A stretch of DNA of 37,862 nucleotides, taken from NCBI GenBank assembly GCA_045640465.1, contig JAZUFC010000096.1:1-37862 (forward strand). The letters are read 5' to 3'. Numbering within the stretch: the stretch's first letter is position 1; each line of letters begins with the position of its first letter. Positions 1 through 8,370 of this stretch are shown here, in pieces. The translations under genes were made by a program, and so were the position numbers. This DNA comes from Lachnospiraceae bacterium. Lineage in GTDB: Bacteria > Bacillota > Clostridia > Lachnospirales > Lachnospiraceae. Below the pieces are notes generated by a model. The model searched no databases, was not told where the DNA came from, and saw only the letters and a list, made by a program, of their open reading frames with translations.

Positions 1-419
1 TCATACAGGAAAGGCATGATGACATTGACCCGTTTTGCTTTTCCCTGAATGGCACCGATGATACGCTTCAGATCCTGGAAATGATCGTCCGGAGACATGT
101 GATTGATCATTCCGCAAAGTTTATAAGTAAGGCTGTAGTTCAGCACATCCACCATGATATAGATATCGTCGCCGCGGACGGATTCGGAGATATGTCCTTT
201 TCCTTCGCCAGAACCGAATCTGGGGGTCTGTGCGTCAATCAGATAGCTGTCTCTCTGATAACCCTTCAGATGAAGCTCGTTGTCACCTGTCAATGCTTCT
301 CTTTCTTTTCTCCAGCTCGCAATATACGCATCCACCTTTTCCGCAAAAGGTTCGATGTTCTTCATTGCAATGATGCCCAGAGGGCCCACCGGAAGGGTCT
401 GCAACTTTACATCTGCCAT
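1..419 (-). CDS. prs: ribose-phosphate pyrophosphokinase (PRPP synthetase), N-terminal part; the ORF runs off the left edge
   Basis: Absent from the ORF track because it is open at the window edge. Reading the reverse complement from the ATG at 419-417 gives MADVKLQTLPVGPLGIIAMKNIEPFAEKVDAYI...RFGSGEGKGHISESVRGDDIYIMVDVLNY...RVNVIMPFLYE. This fits the Prs N-domain pattern (RFxxGE, VRGxDvyI, viMPflYE). An AGGAGGA RBS lies at 424-430. The + strand ORF 81-446 is its antisense shadow. Confidence 0.7.
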   Translation of the reverse strand, partial: MADVKLQTLPVGPLGIIAMKNIEPFAEKVDAYIASWRKEREALTGDNELHLKGYQRDSYLIDAQTPRFGSGEGKGHISESVRGDDIYIMVDVLNYSLTYKLCGMINHMSPDDHFQDLKRIIGAIQGKAKRVNVIMPFLY

Positions 420-548
420 AATGTCCTCCTGAAAGTGTTGAAATAATAATGGTGTCAGAGGAAAATATCTTTGCCCCGGACCTGATGTACGTTCCGCATG
501 CTGCGGATCTATGGTATCTGCACGTGTCTTTGCCGCTGCAGCAGTACC

Positions 549-1535
549 TTAATTCATGATTTTTCTGTTCTTCAGCTGACGGATATCCGCGCCGCCCGTC
601 TGGATCAGCAGAAAACTGTTGAGGATCCGCGATGCCACGCGGTCCGTGTAAAGATCCGCCAGCGACTGCGGCCGCAGGTTGGTGGATATGATCATGCTCT
701 TGTTGTTCAGAAGACGGTCGTTGATGCAGCTGAACAGCTTGCCGGTGCTGAAGCCTGTTATGTTTTCCGTTCCGAGATCGTCAATGATCAGAAGATCGCT
801 GTCCAGAATATAGCGGTCCATTTCCTCCGCATCCTCTTCATCAAAGTCACGGCTGTTCTTCCGGAACATTTCAAACAGCGCATCCGCCGTAAAATAAACA
901 ACAGAATGACAGGTATCGATCAGCTCCTTTGCGATGCAGTGGGTCAGGAAAGTCTTTCCCGTGCCCGCACTTCCGTAAAACAGGATGCTGCCGCCCTTTT
1001 CGTCAAATTCCTCTGTATATCTTCTGAGGCGTGCGATCCGGTCCTGCATGTATTCATACTGGGATACGGACCCGTTTTTTGCCTCTTTTTCATAGTATTC
1101 GTAAGAAAGCGTGCCGAAGTTCTCTCTTTTCAGCACTTCCTTCATATTGCTCTGGTCGTAAAGAAGATCGATCGCCGCCTGACGGAAGCAGTGGCACTTC
1201 TCATTGCCGATAAAGCCGGTATCTCTGCAGTCCGGACAGGTATAGCGAAGCTCCAGATAATCATCCGGAATGCCCGCGTTCTGAAAGAGCTCTGCTTTTT
1301 TTCTCCTGAGCTCCGAAGCCTCTTTCTCCAGAAGAAGGCTTTCCTGCTGTCTTCCGAGGATCCCCGCGCGTGCGCGCGATGCCGCATTTTCACTGATGCG
1401 GTTATTCAGACTCTGAAGCTCCGGGATCTTCCGGAGGACCTCTTCCTTCCGCCGCTCCAGATCATGCATATTGTCTGCCTGCCGGAGATCGTATGCACGC
1501 ATCAGGGCATTGTACTGTTCTCTTTTCAGGGGCAT
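549..1535 (-). CDS. DnaC/DnaI-type AAA+ replicative-helicase loader (IstB-like ATPase)
   Basis: Walker A GSAGTGKTF and Walker B LLIIDDLG are present. An N-terminal Cys/His cluster (CPDCRDTGF..EKCHC) resembles DnaI. An AAGGAGAA RBS precedes the start, and the gene sits directly downstream of the DnaD-domain gene. Confidence 0.8.
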   Translation of the reverse strand: MPLKREQYNALMRAYDLRQADNMHDLERRKEEVLRKIPELQSLNNRISENAASRARAGILGRQQESLLLEKEASELRRKKAELFQNAGIPDDYLELRYTCPDCRDTGFIGNEKCHCFRQAAIDLLYDQSNMKEVLKRENFGTLSYEYYEKEAKNGSVSQYEYMQDRIARLRRYTEEFDEKGGSILFYGSAGTGKTFLTHCIAKELIDTCHSVVYFTADALFEMFRKNSRDFDEEDAEEMDRYILDSDLLIIDDLGTENITGFSTGKLFSCINDRLLNNKSMIISTNLRPQSLADLYTDRVASRILNSFLLIQTGGADIRQLKNRKIMN

Positions 1536-1544
1536 ACTTTCTCC

Positions 1545-2684
1545 TTAATCGTCAAAAAATCCGGCATATACCTTATTGTAATCCGTTTCGCGGTTCTCGA
1601 AATTACGGAAGGAGTTCTTTCTCGCGGCCGGTTCGCTTTCCTGGCTCTTCTGCTGCTTCTTCTGATGCAGGGCGTCCAGTCCGGCGATATCCTTCATGTA
1701 TCTGACGCCGGCGGATTTCCACGCCTTCAGGATGGAGTCCGCATAGTGGAAGTTCGGTGAATGGATCGCGTCCATGGTCCTTGCACAGGCCTCCGTGACG
1801 ATGTCCAGATCGAAGTCACTTGTCCAGCGTTCGATATAGTTCAGTTCATTCTCAACCGGTGAGCGGTTGGAAAGACCGAATGCTTTCATTACACTATACA
1901 CCTTTTTGTTCCGGGCTGCCACTGCATTTTTGATTTCCTGAAGCGTATTCAGTCCTTCCTTCTTCCAGCCGCGGCAGGTCGCCTCGATATAATTCACGGA
2001 AGAATGTCCGAGACCGATGCAGTATTCCAGCAGAAACTCGATGATCTCCGCCTGTCTGTCATACATCAGATAGCAGGATGCCAGCCCTGTCCGCTGCGTG
2101 GAGGAGAGCGGCATCTTCAGATAGAATTCCGCCATGCCGAGAAGCTCGGAGAAGTTCTCGTCTTCGGAAAGCTCCCGGAAATCGATCGGTTTTGCAGCCT
2201 CCGTGATATCAGGCAGCGCTTCGGTATTCTGCACGGCGGAAACGGCAGACGGGACGTCGGATCTCTCCGGCTTTGCGGGAAGCTCAGGTTCTGCGGAAAG
2301 AGGCTTTTCCTCCTGATACGCAGGCTCCTCGTACCGCACCGGCTCTTCACGGCGCAGAGACTCCGCGTATTTCACGGCCGGTTCACGGCCCGGAACGGGC
2401 ATCAGCGTAATGCAGGACACTTCCCCCTGCGCATACTGAAGCTTCAGAAGGCCCTTGCTCTCCCAGTAGGAAAGAGATGACACGATCTTATTCGCAGTCA
2501 CATCAAACAGATCCGCCATGTCGTTCACGGACAGAATGATAGACGGGTCCTGTGACGCACGAAGCAGATACAGATAGACCCGGAGCGCATCCAGAGATGC
2601 TTCGGGCATATATATGTCGATAAATTCCACGGGGATCTGTACATAGCCCGCGGTCAGTTCTGATTGCAAAGACAGTTTTTTCAT
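1545..2684 (-). CDS. DnaD/DnaB_2-domain replication initiation / membrane attachment protein
   Basis: Two C-terminal DnaD-type repeats are visible (..NYIEATCRGWKKEGLNT.. and ..NYIERWTSDFDLDIVTEACARTM..FHYADSILKAWKSAGV..). I moved the start from 2723 to the ATG at 2684 (MKKLSLQ...) because AGGAGAA lies 4-5 nt upstream of it. Confidence 0.75.
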   Translation of the reverse strand: MKKLSLQSELTAGYVQIPVEFIDIYMPEASLDALRVYLYLLRASQDPSIILSVNDMADLFDVTANKIVSSLSYWESKGLLKLQYAQGEVSCITLMPVPGREPAVKYAESLRREEPVRYEEPAYQEEKPLSAEPELPAKPERSDVPSAVSAVQNTEALPDITEAAKPIDFRELSEDENFSELLGMAEFYLKMPLSSTQRTGLASCYLMYDRQAEIIEFLLEYCIGLGHSSVNYIEATCRGWKKEGLNTLQEIKNAVAARNKKVYSVMKAFGLSNRSPVENELNYIERWTSDFDLDIVTEACARTMDAIHSPNFHYADSILKAWKSAGVRYMKDIAGLDALHQKKQQKSQESEPAARKNSFRNFENRETDYNKVYAGFFDD

Positions 2685-2840
2685 GTGTTTCTCCTGCCCC
2701 CGGCGGATCCTTCGGTTCCGCATAACGGTTTCCGGTATTTTTTCAGACAGAAATTGCGGAAGATATTAACTCTTCCGTACTTTTCCGACACAAGTATAAC
2801 ACAAAAAGGGCAAAAGAAAAGCCGAGTAAAAATCGGTACT

Positions 2841-2988
2841 TATGGATAATTCGCTGTGGATAATGTGGATAATGTGGACTCTTTATGCCGTTTTTCAAAA
2901 AACAAAGCAAACATCACGCTTTCAAGACCGGAATATTCCGCGGCGGAAAATCGCTTTTTTCTGTGAATCATGTGGATAATGTGGAGTA
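2841..2988 (-). promoter_or_regulatory. two arrays of abutting DnaA boxes upstream of the dnaD-like / dnaC-like operon
   Basis: Perfect TGTGGATAA (reverse complement of the consensus TTATCCACA) occurs at 2855-2863, 2864-2872 and 2971-2979. Near matches occur at 2841-2849 (tatggataa), 2873-2881 (tgtggactc), 2962-2970 (tgtgaatca) and 2980-2988 (tgtggagta). All share one orientation, and within each array they are spaced exactly 9 bp apart. Confidence 0.7.
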
Positions 2989-3016
2989 TTACACCCGTTT
3001 TTCTGAAAAGGCAAGT

Positions 3017-3058
3017 AAAAAAGAGCTTTGAAAAGTGAACCTCTTCAAAGCTCTTTTT
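3017..3058 (-). terminator. intrinsic terminator (bidirectional shape) after the aminotransferase gene
   Basis: An 11-bp perfect stem pairs agagctttgaa (3022-3032) with ttcaaagctct (3044-3054). An A-run precedes it and a T-run follows. Confidence 0.7.
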
Positions 3059-3063
3059 GTGAA

Positions 3064-4254
3064 TTACTGAATCGCTTCCGCAAAAACATCGCCCAGACGG
3101 CGGATGCCTTCGACGATCCTTTCATCGGACATGGTGGAGTAATTCAGGCGGAGCGTGGAGCTCGGCTTGTCCATATCGACCATAAAGGTAGCGCCGGGCA
3201 CGTAGACGACCTTCTTCTCCACTGCCTTTGCAGACAGCACCTGCGTATCGATTCCGTGGTACAGATCGCACCAGATGAACAGACCGCCGTTCGGTCTCGT
3301 ATACATGATGTCCTTCGGGAAATATTCTTCGATCGCATCCAGCATGGTCCTGCACTTATGTGAGTAGTTCTCACGCATGACAAGGATCGCGCTGTCGATA
3401 TCATAGCGCTTCAGATACTCGGATGCGAGGATCTGTGTCAGGCAGGGCGTATGCACGTCGGATACCTGCTTCGCAATGACCATTCTTGCGATGATCTCCT
3501 TCGGAGCGGTGAAATAACCCAGTCTCAGGCCGGGAGCCAGGATCTTGGAGAAGGAGGAGCTGTACATGACATAGCCTTCCGTATCCATCGATTTGATCGT
3601 CGGAGTCTTCACACCGTTGAAGGTCAGTTCGCCGTAGGGGTTGTCCTCGAGGATGAGCACACCGTACTTTTTCGCAAGCTCCAGCATTTTCCGTCTCTTC
3701 TCCACGGGCATCGTCACGCCGGAGGGATTCTGGAAGGTCGGGATCGTGTAGATGAAGCGTACGTTTTTATTGTTCTGAAGCGCTTCCTCCAGTGCCTCCA
3801 TATTCATGCCGTCCTCATCCATCTTTACGCCTGCGAGATTTGCTCTGTAAGCGCGGAAAGAGTTCAGTGCGCCGATGAAGGAGGGTTCCTCGACCAGAAT
3901 GGTGTCGCCTTCGTTTACGAGGCATTTTGCGGCCAGATCCATGCCCTGCTGACCGCCGGTCAGGATGATCGTCTCGTCATAGTCCTGCCCGATGTTTTCG
4001 ACCCGTTTCAGGCGCTCTTTGATCTGCTCCCGAAGTTCGGGATAACCCTCGGTCACGCCGTACTGAAGTGCCGCTACCGGTCTCTCGGAAAGGATCTCCT
4101 TTGCAAGGTCCGCAAGGATCTCATTCGGGAAAAGCTCCGGTGCGGGATTGCCGCCTGCCAGACTGATGACCTCCGGATTTGCTGTGTACTTGAAGATCTC
4201 ACGGATCGCGGAGCCCTTCATGCCTGCCATTCTGTCAGAAATTTTATATTCCAT
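3064..4254 (-). CDS. PLP-dependent class I/II aminotransferase (aromatic/aspartate-type)
   Basis: The 396-aa product carries the PLP-lysine motif SSSFSKILAPGLRLGY and the N-terminal GxxNP pattern (LAGGNPAPELFP). Confidence 0.85.
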   Translation of the reverse strand: MEYKISDRMAGMKGSAIREIFKYTANPEVISLAGGNPAPELFPNEILADLAKEILSERPVAALQYGVTEGYPELREQIKERLKRVENIGQDYDETIILTGGQQGMDLAAKCLVNEGDTILVEEPSFIGALNSFRAYRANLAGVKMDEDGMNMEALEEALQNNKNVRFIYTIPTFQNPSGVTMPVEKRRKMLELAKKYGVLILEDNPYGELTFNGVKTPTIKSMDTEGYVMYSSSFSKILAPGLRLGYFTAPKEIIARMVIAKQVSDVHTPCLTQILASEYLKRYDIDSAILVMRENYSHKCRTMLDAIEEYFPKDIMYTRPNGGLFIWCDLYHGIDTQVLSAKAVEKKVVYVPGATFMVDMDKPSSTLRLNYSTMSDERIVEGIRRLGDVFAEAIQ

Positions 4255-4277
4255 ATCTCTTTCCTTTCTGCGGCCCG

Positions 4278-4715
4278 TCAGCCGGTAATTCTGTAGATAT
4301 CATCCGGTCTGACATTGTTGAAGTTGTTCTTCGTCAGGATCTCCTCCGTCAGCTCCGTGTTGTCCGTACGAAGCACCATCAGCGCTTTTCCGCTGATTTT
4401 GCCCACGCAGGCATACATATACTCAATGTTCAGTCCTGCCGCAGAAAGCAGCCGGATGATGCTTCCTGCGCCGCCCGGCACATCATTCATGGCGACAGCC
4501 GCCACATGGGAGATACGCACGGCAACGCCCGCCTCGGAAAGTACGGATCTGGCAAAATCCGGCTGGTCCACGATGAGCCTTAAAACGCCGAATTCCGACG
4601 TGTCCGCGAGCGACAGGGCGCTTACATCGATGCTGTTCTCCGCCAGCACCTCCAGCACCTGAAGCAGTTTTCCGGGCTTGTTTTCCACAAATACAGATAA
4701 CTGTCTGATGACCAT
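4278..4715 (-). CDS. ACT-domain amino-acid-binding protein
   Basis: The 145-aa product shows two ACT-like beta-alpha-beta-beta-alpha-beta halves (QLSVFVENKPGKL...; VAAVAMNDVPGGAG...). This is the usual companion of PaaK-type ligases in anaerobes. Confidence 0.7.
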   Translation of the reverse strand: MVIRQLSVFVENKPGKLLQVLEVLAENSIDVSALSLADTSEFGVLRLIVDQPDFARSVLSEAGVAVRISHVAAVAMNDVPGGAGSIIRLLSAAGLNIEYMYACVGKISGKALMVLRTDNTELTEEILTKNNFNNVRPDDIYRITG

Positions 4716-4728
4716 TGTTTTTCCTCCG

Positions 4729-6024
4729 TCAGATCTTTCCTTTGCGGTTGTCGATGACGCGCTTTGCTTTTCCTTCAGAGCGGATGATGGAGCTCGGGTT
4801 CACCAGATGCACCTTTGCACCGATCCCGAGAACGTTTCTGAGCTCTCCCGTGATCGTCTTTTCGATCCGCTCAATGGACCTGATATCGTCCGCAAACAGC
4901 GCTTCGGACATTTCCACATTGATATCGAAGGTATCGTTGTTTCCCACGCGGTCCACGATGATCTGATAGTTCGGCGTGATTCCGCTCAAGCTGACCGAAA
5001 GAAGCACTTCTTCGATCTGGGACGGGAAGACGTTTACACCTCGGATGATGAGCATATCGTCGCTCCGTCCACTGGGCTTATGCATTCTCAGATGCACGGA
5101 ACCGCAGCTGCAGGGCTCATAGATCAGCGAGCAGATATCCCGCGTGCGGTAGCGGATCACCGGAAACGCCTCTTTGTCAAGAGAGGTGAAGACAAGTTCA
5201 CCCGTTTCTCCTTCCGGGAGCACTTCTCCGGTCTCCGGATCGATGATCTCCGCAATAAAATGATCCTCGCAGATATGCATGCCCGCCTGGCAGGCACACT
5301 CGCCCGCGACGCCGGGACCCATGACCTCGGAAAGGCCGTAGATATCATACGCTTTGATGGAAAGCGCATGCTCGATGCGGCCGCGCATCTCTTCAGACCA
5401 GGGTTCCGCACCGAATATGCCGATCCTGAGCTTCAGCTGATCCTTCACGCCGGCCTTTTCGATCTCCTCCGCCAGGTACATGGCATAGGAGGGCGTACAC
5501 ATCAGTACGGTCGCCTGAAAATCGATCATAGTCTGGATCTGGTTCGCGGTATTGCCGGAAGAGATCGGGATCACGGTCGCGCCAAGTCTCTCCGCGCCCG
5601 CCTGCACGCCGAAACCGCCCGTAAACAGGCCGAAGCCGAAGGCGATCTGGACGATATCATCCTCAGTCACGCCGACGTTTCTGAGCATCCTTTCGATGCA
5701 GGAGGCCCACATGTCCAGATCGTTTTTCGTATAACCGACAACGATCCTTTTTCCGGTGGTTCCGGAGGACGCATGCACGCGCTGCACATCCTTCATGGGA
5801 ACTGCGAAAAGACCGTAGGGATAATAGTCTCTCAGATCCTTTTTATAGGAGAAGGGGAGCTTCCCGAGGTCTTCTATACCCGTGATATCATCGGGTGTCA
5901 GATGCAGTTCTTCCATTCTTTTCCGGAAGCATTCCACATGCTCGTAGGAATTCCGGACGGTGCGCACCAGTTTTTCGCTCTGCAGTTTTTTCAGTTCTTC
6001 TCTTGTTGTGATTGATTCTGTCAT
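4729..6024 (-). CDS. paaK: phenylacetate--CoA ligase family protein (PaaK-like)
   Basis: The product is 431 aa and has the adenylate-forming motif SSGTTGKR. It has PaaK-typical size and the C-terminal ...GKAKRVID. Confidence 0.8.
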   Translation of the reverse strand: MTESITTREELKKLQSEKLVRTVRNSYEHVECFRKRMEELHLTPDDITGIEDLGKLPFSYKKDLRDYYPYGLFAVPMKDVQRVHASSGTTGKRIVVGYTKNDLDMWASCIERMLRNVGVTEDDIVQIAFGFGLFTGGFGVQAGAERLGATVIPISSGNTANQIQTMIDFQATVLMCTPSYAMYLAEEIEKAGVKDQLKLRIGIFGAEPWSEEMRGRIEHALSIKAYDIYGLSEVMGPGVAGECACQAGMHICEDHFIAEIIDPETGEVLPEGETGELVFTSLDKEAFPVIRYRTRDICSLIYEPCSCGSVHLRMHKPSGRSDDMLIIRGVNVFPSQIEEVLLSVSLSGITPNYQIIVDRVGNNDTFDINVEMSEALFADDIRSIERIEKTITGELRNVLGIGAKVHLVNPSSIIRSEGKAKRVIDNRKGKI

Positions 6025-6053
6025 TTTTGCAGCTTCAGATCCTGTTCTGACCC

Positions 6054-6626
6054 TTACTCCATGAAATATCCCGCATCAAATGCCTTCAGATTGACATCGA
6101 TGAATTTCGGGGGAACGGTGGCGCGGACGGTCTCTTTCCAGTCTTCGTAAGGAATATCCGTGTTCTTTGCCATTACGCCGATCAGAACCACGTTGACTGC
6201 CTTGATGGAGCCGGCTTCCTCCGCCTTCTTCAATGCGTCCACGCACGTCACGTCGGCCTTGCCGCTCATTTCCTCAAGAATGCCTTCGGGGTATTCCATC
6301 GCACCGGTAATGACCGGCATCGGATTGATCTCCTGATCATTTACGACGAGCTTTCCGCCCTTTTTGAGGTACGGAAGCATCCGGTAGGCTTCCAGCTTTT
6401 CAAATGCCAGAATGATATCCGCTTCCCCTTCCTCGATAATGGGGGAATAGACCTTGTCGCCGTACTTGACGTAAGTGACCACGGAACCGCCGCGCTGGCT
6501 CATGCCGTGGACTTCGGAGACCTTGACATCATATCCTTTTGCAATGACTGCATTTCCCAGGATACGGCTTGCCAGAAGTGTTCCCTGTCCGCCGACACCC
6601 ACGATCAGAATATTGGTTGTACTCAT
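6054..6626 (-). CDS. iorB: indolepyruvate:ferredoxin oxidoreductase subunit beta
   Basis: The product is 190 aa with the N-terminal motif GVGGQGTLLAS. It lies immediately downstream of iorA. Confidence 0.85.
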   Translation of the reverse strand: MSTTNILIVGVGGQGTLLASRILGNAVIAKGYDVKVSEVHGMSQRGGSVVTYVKYGDKVYSPIIEEGEADIILAFEKLEAYRMLPYLKKGGKLVVNDQEINPMPVITGAMEYPEGILEEMSGKADVTCVDALKKAEEAGSIKAVNVVLIGVMAKNTDIPYEDWKETVRATVPPKFIDVNLKAFDAGYFME

Positions 6627-6627
6627 C

Positions 6628-8370
6628 TTAATCCTCCTTCACAATGGCGCCGAAGGGGCATACGTTCATGCAGAGGCCGCAGCCGTTGCACTGTGTTCTG
6701 TCGATACGGACCGTGCCCTCTTTGTCAACGGAGATCGCCGGGCAGCCCAGCTTCATGCACATTCTGCACTTTTTGCAGGCATCGGAGACGGCGCAGTGGC
6801 CTTCGTACTTCACATATTTCAGGAGTGCGCAGGGACGCTGTGCGATGATCACGGAGACCTCGTCACGCTCTGTTTCCTCTTTTACGACCTTCTCGAAATT
6901 CTTCACATCGAAGGGATCCGCCACAACGATGTGCTCCACGCCGAGGCCTTCACAGAGTTTGATCAGATCGACCTGTCTTGTGGGCTCCTTGCGGATGGTG
7001 AAGCCGGTGGTCGGATTGTCCTGATGTCCGGTCATGCCGGTGATGGAGTTGTCCAGAATAATGACGGTATTCGCGCCCTTGTTGTAAACGATGTCGGAAA
7101 GGCCGGTGATGCCGGAATGCATGAAGGTGGAGTCACCGATCACGCTGACCAGCTTTTTATTGAATTCCGGTCCCTGTATGACTGCCATGCCGTGTGCCGC
7201 AGAAACGGACGCGCCCATGCAGATCGTGGTATCCACGGACTGCAGAGGTGCCGCTGCGCCGAGCGTATAGCAGCCGATATCGCCTGAGACGGTCAGTCCC
7301 AGCTTCTTCAGCACATAGAAGGTTCCGCGGTGCGGGCAGCCCGGACATAAGACAGGCGGACGGTTGGGAACCGGCTTGTCTGCAGAAAGGAGTTCGGGTG
7401 CTTCTTCGCCTTTCACTGCCTTGCGGATCATTTTTGCGGTATATTCACCGAGCATCGTGAAGCATTCCTTGCCTTTTACGGAAATGCCGAGGGCTTTTAC
7501 ATGCTCTTCAATGAACGGATCCAGCTCTTCGATCACGAAAAGCTCTTTTACGGAAGCTGCAAAATCGCGGATCTTCTTTTCCGGAAGCGGCCATACCATG
7601 CCGAGCTTCAGGTAATTGACGGAATCGCCGAGCGCTTCCTTCGCATAGCCGTATGTCACGCCGTTTACGATGACGCCGGTCTCTTTTCCGTTGTCTTCGA
7701 TGACGTTCAGGCCTGTCTCCTCCGCAAACGCGATGAGCTTCTTCGTGCGCTCTTCAACGACCACGTGACGCGCGATCGCCATAGCAGGCATCATTACGTT
7801 CTTCGGAATGTTCTTTTCATAAGGCTTCACCGCATGCTCTTCGCGCTCCGCAAGCTCGACAAGGCTCTGCGAATGAGAGACTCTTGTGGAAAGGCGGACG
7901 AATACGGGTGTATCGAATTCCTCGGAAAGATCGAAAGCCTTCTTTGTGAATTCCTTGCACTCCGCGGAATCCGAAGGCTCCAGCATCGGGATCTTCGAAG
8001 CTTTAGCATAGTGTCTGGAATCCTGCTCGTTCTGAGAGGAATGCATACCGGGGTCGTCTGCCACGCAGATCACCACACCGCCGGACACGCCGATGTAGCT
8101 GTCCGTGAAGACCGGGTCTGCCATAACGTTCAGGCCGACATGCTTGCAGGCCGTCATGGCTCTGCCGCCTGCAATACCTGCACCGATCGCTGCTTCCGCA
8201 GCGACCTTTTCATTGGGCGCCCACTCGACGAAAACATCTTCCTTCGGGAAGGCGGCCATTTCTTCCGTGATTTCCGTGCTGGGAGTTCCCGGGTAAGAGG
8301 ATACGAAACGGACGCCCGCTTCATAAGCTCCTCTGGCAACAGCCGCATTACCAAGTAACAGCTTTTTCAT
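6628..8370 (-). CDS. iorA: indolepyruvate:ferredoxin oxidoreductase subunit alpha
   Basis: The product is 580 aa with the TPP-binding motif GDSTFMHSG. Two ferredoxin-type clusters are present near the C-terminus (CKKCRMCMKLGCP and CNGCGLCMNVCP). Confidence 0.9.
   Translation of the reverse strand: MKKLLLGNAAVARGAYEAGVRFVSSYPGTPSTEITEEMAAFPKEDVFVEWAPNEKVAAEAAIGAGIAGGRAMTACKHVGLNVMADPVFTDSYIGVSGGVVICVADDPGMHSSQNEQDSRHYAKASKIPMLEPSDSAECKEFTKKAFDLSEEFDTPVFVRLSTRVSHSQSLVELAEREEHAVKPYEKNIPKNVMMPAMAIARHVVVEERTKKLIAFAEETGLNVIEDNGKETGVIVNGVTYGYAKEALGDSVNYLKLGMVWPLPEKKIRDFAASVKELFVIEELDPFIEEHVKALGISVKGKECFTMLGEYTAKMIRKAVKGEEAPELLSADKPVPNRPPVLCPGCPHRGTFYVLKKLGLTVSGDIGCYTLGAAAPLQSVDTTICMGASVSAAHGMAVIQGPEFNKKLVSVIGDSTFMHSGITGLSDIVYNKGANTVIILDNSITGMTGHQDNPTTGFTIRKEPTRQVDLIKLCEGLGVEHIVVADPFDVKNFEKVVKEETERDEVSVIIAQRPCALLKYVKYEGHCAVSDACKKCRMCMKLGCPAISVDKEGTVRIDRTQCNGCGLCMNVCPFGAIVKED

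Noticed and set aside
498-1760. Long ORFs on the opposite strand of confident genes. On the + strand these include 498-1760, 3451-4296, 4678-6015, 6475-7287, 7501-8358, 12754-13809, 18913-20010, 25022-26065 and 36628-37737. On the minus strand the main example is 26649-27929, and there are many shorter ones.
   Set aside because: Each lies antisense to a gene with clear family motifs and a good RBS. Their translations are low-complexity and Arg/His/Leu-rich, which is typical of shadow frames in GC-rich coding DNA. None has a convincing Shine-Dalgarno site.
2841-2988. The DnaA-box arrays as the chromosomal origin oriC
   Set aside because: There is no dnaA/dnaN nearby and no obvious AT-rich unwinding element or DnaA-trio repeat next to the boxes. 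The region lies between two co-directional genes. A regulatory or titrating box cluster is the more conservative reading, though GC-skew analysis of the whole genome would be needed to be sure.
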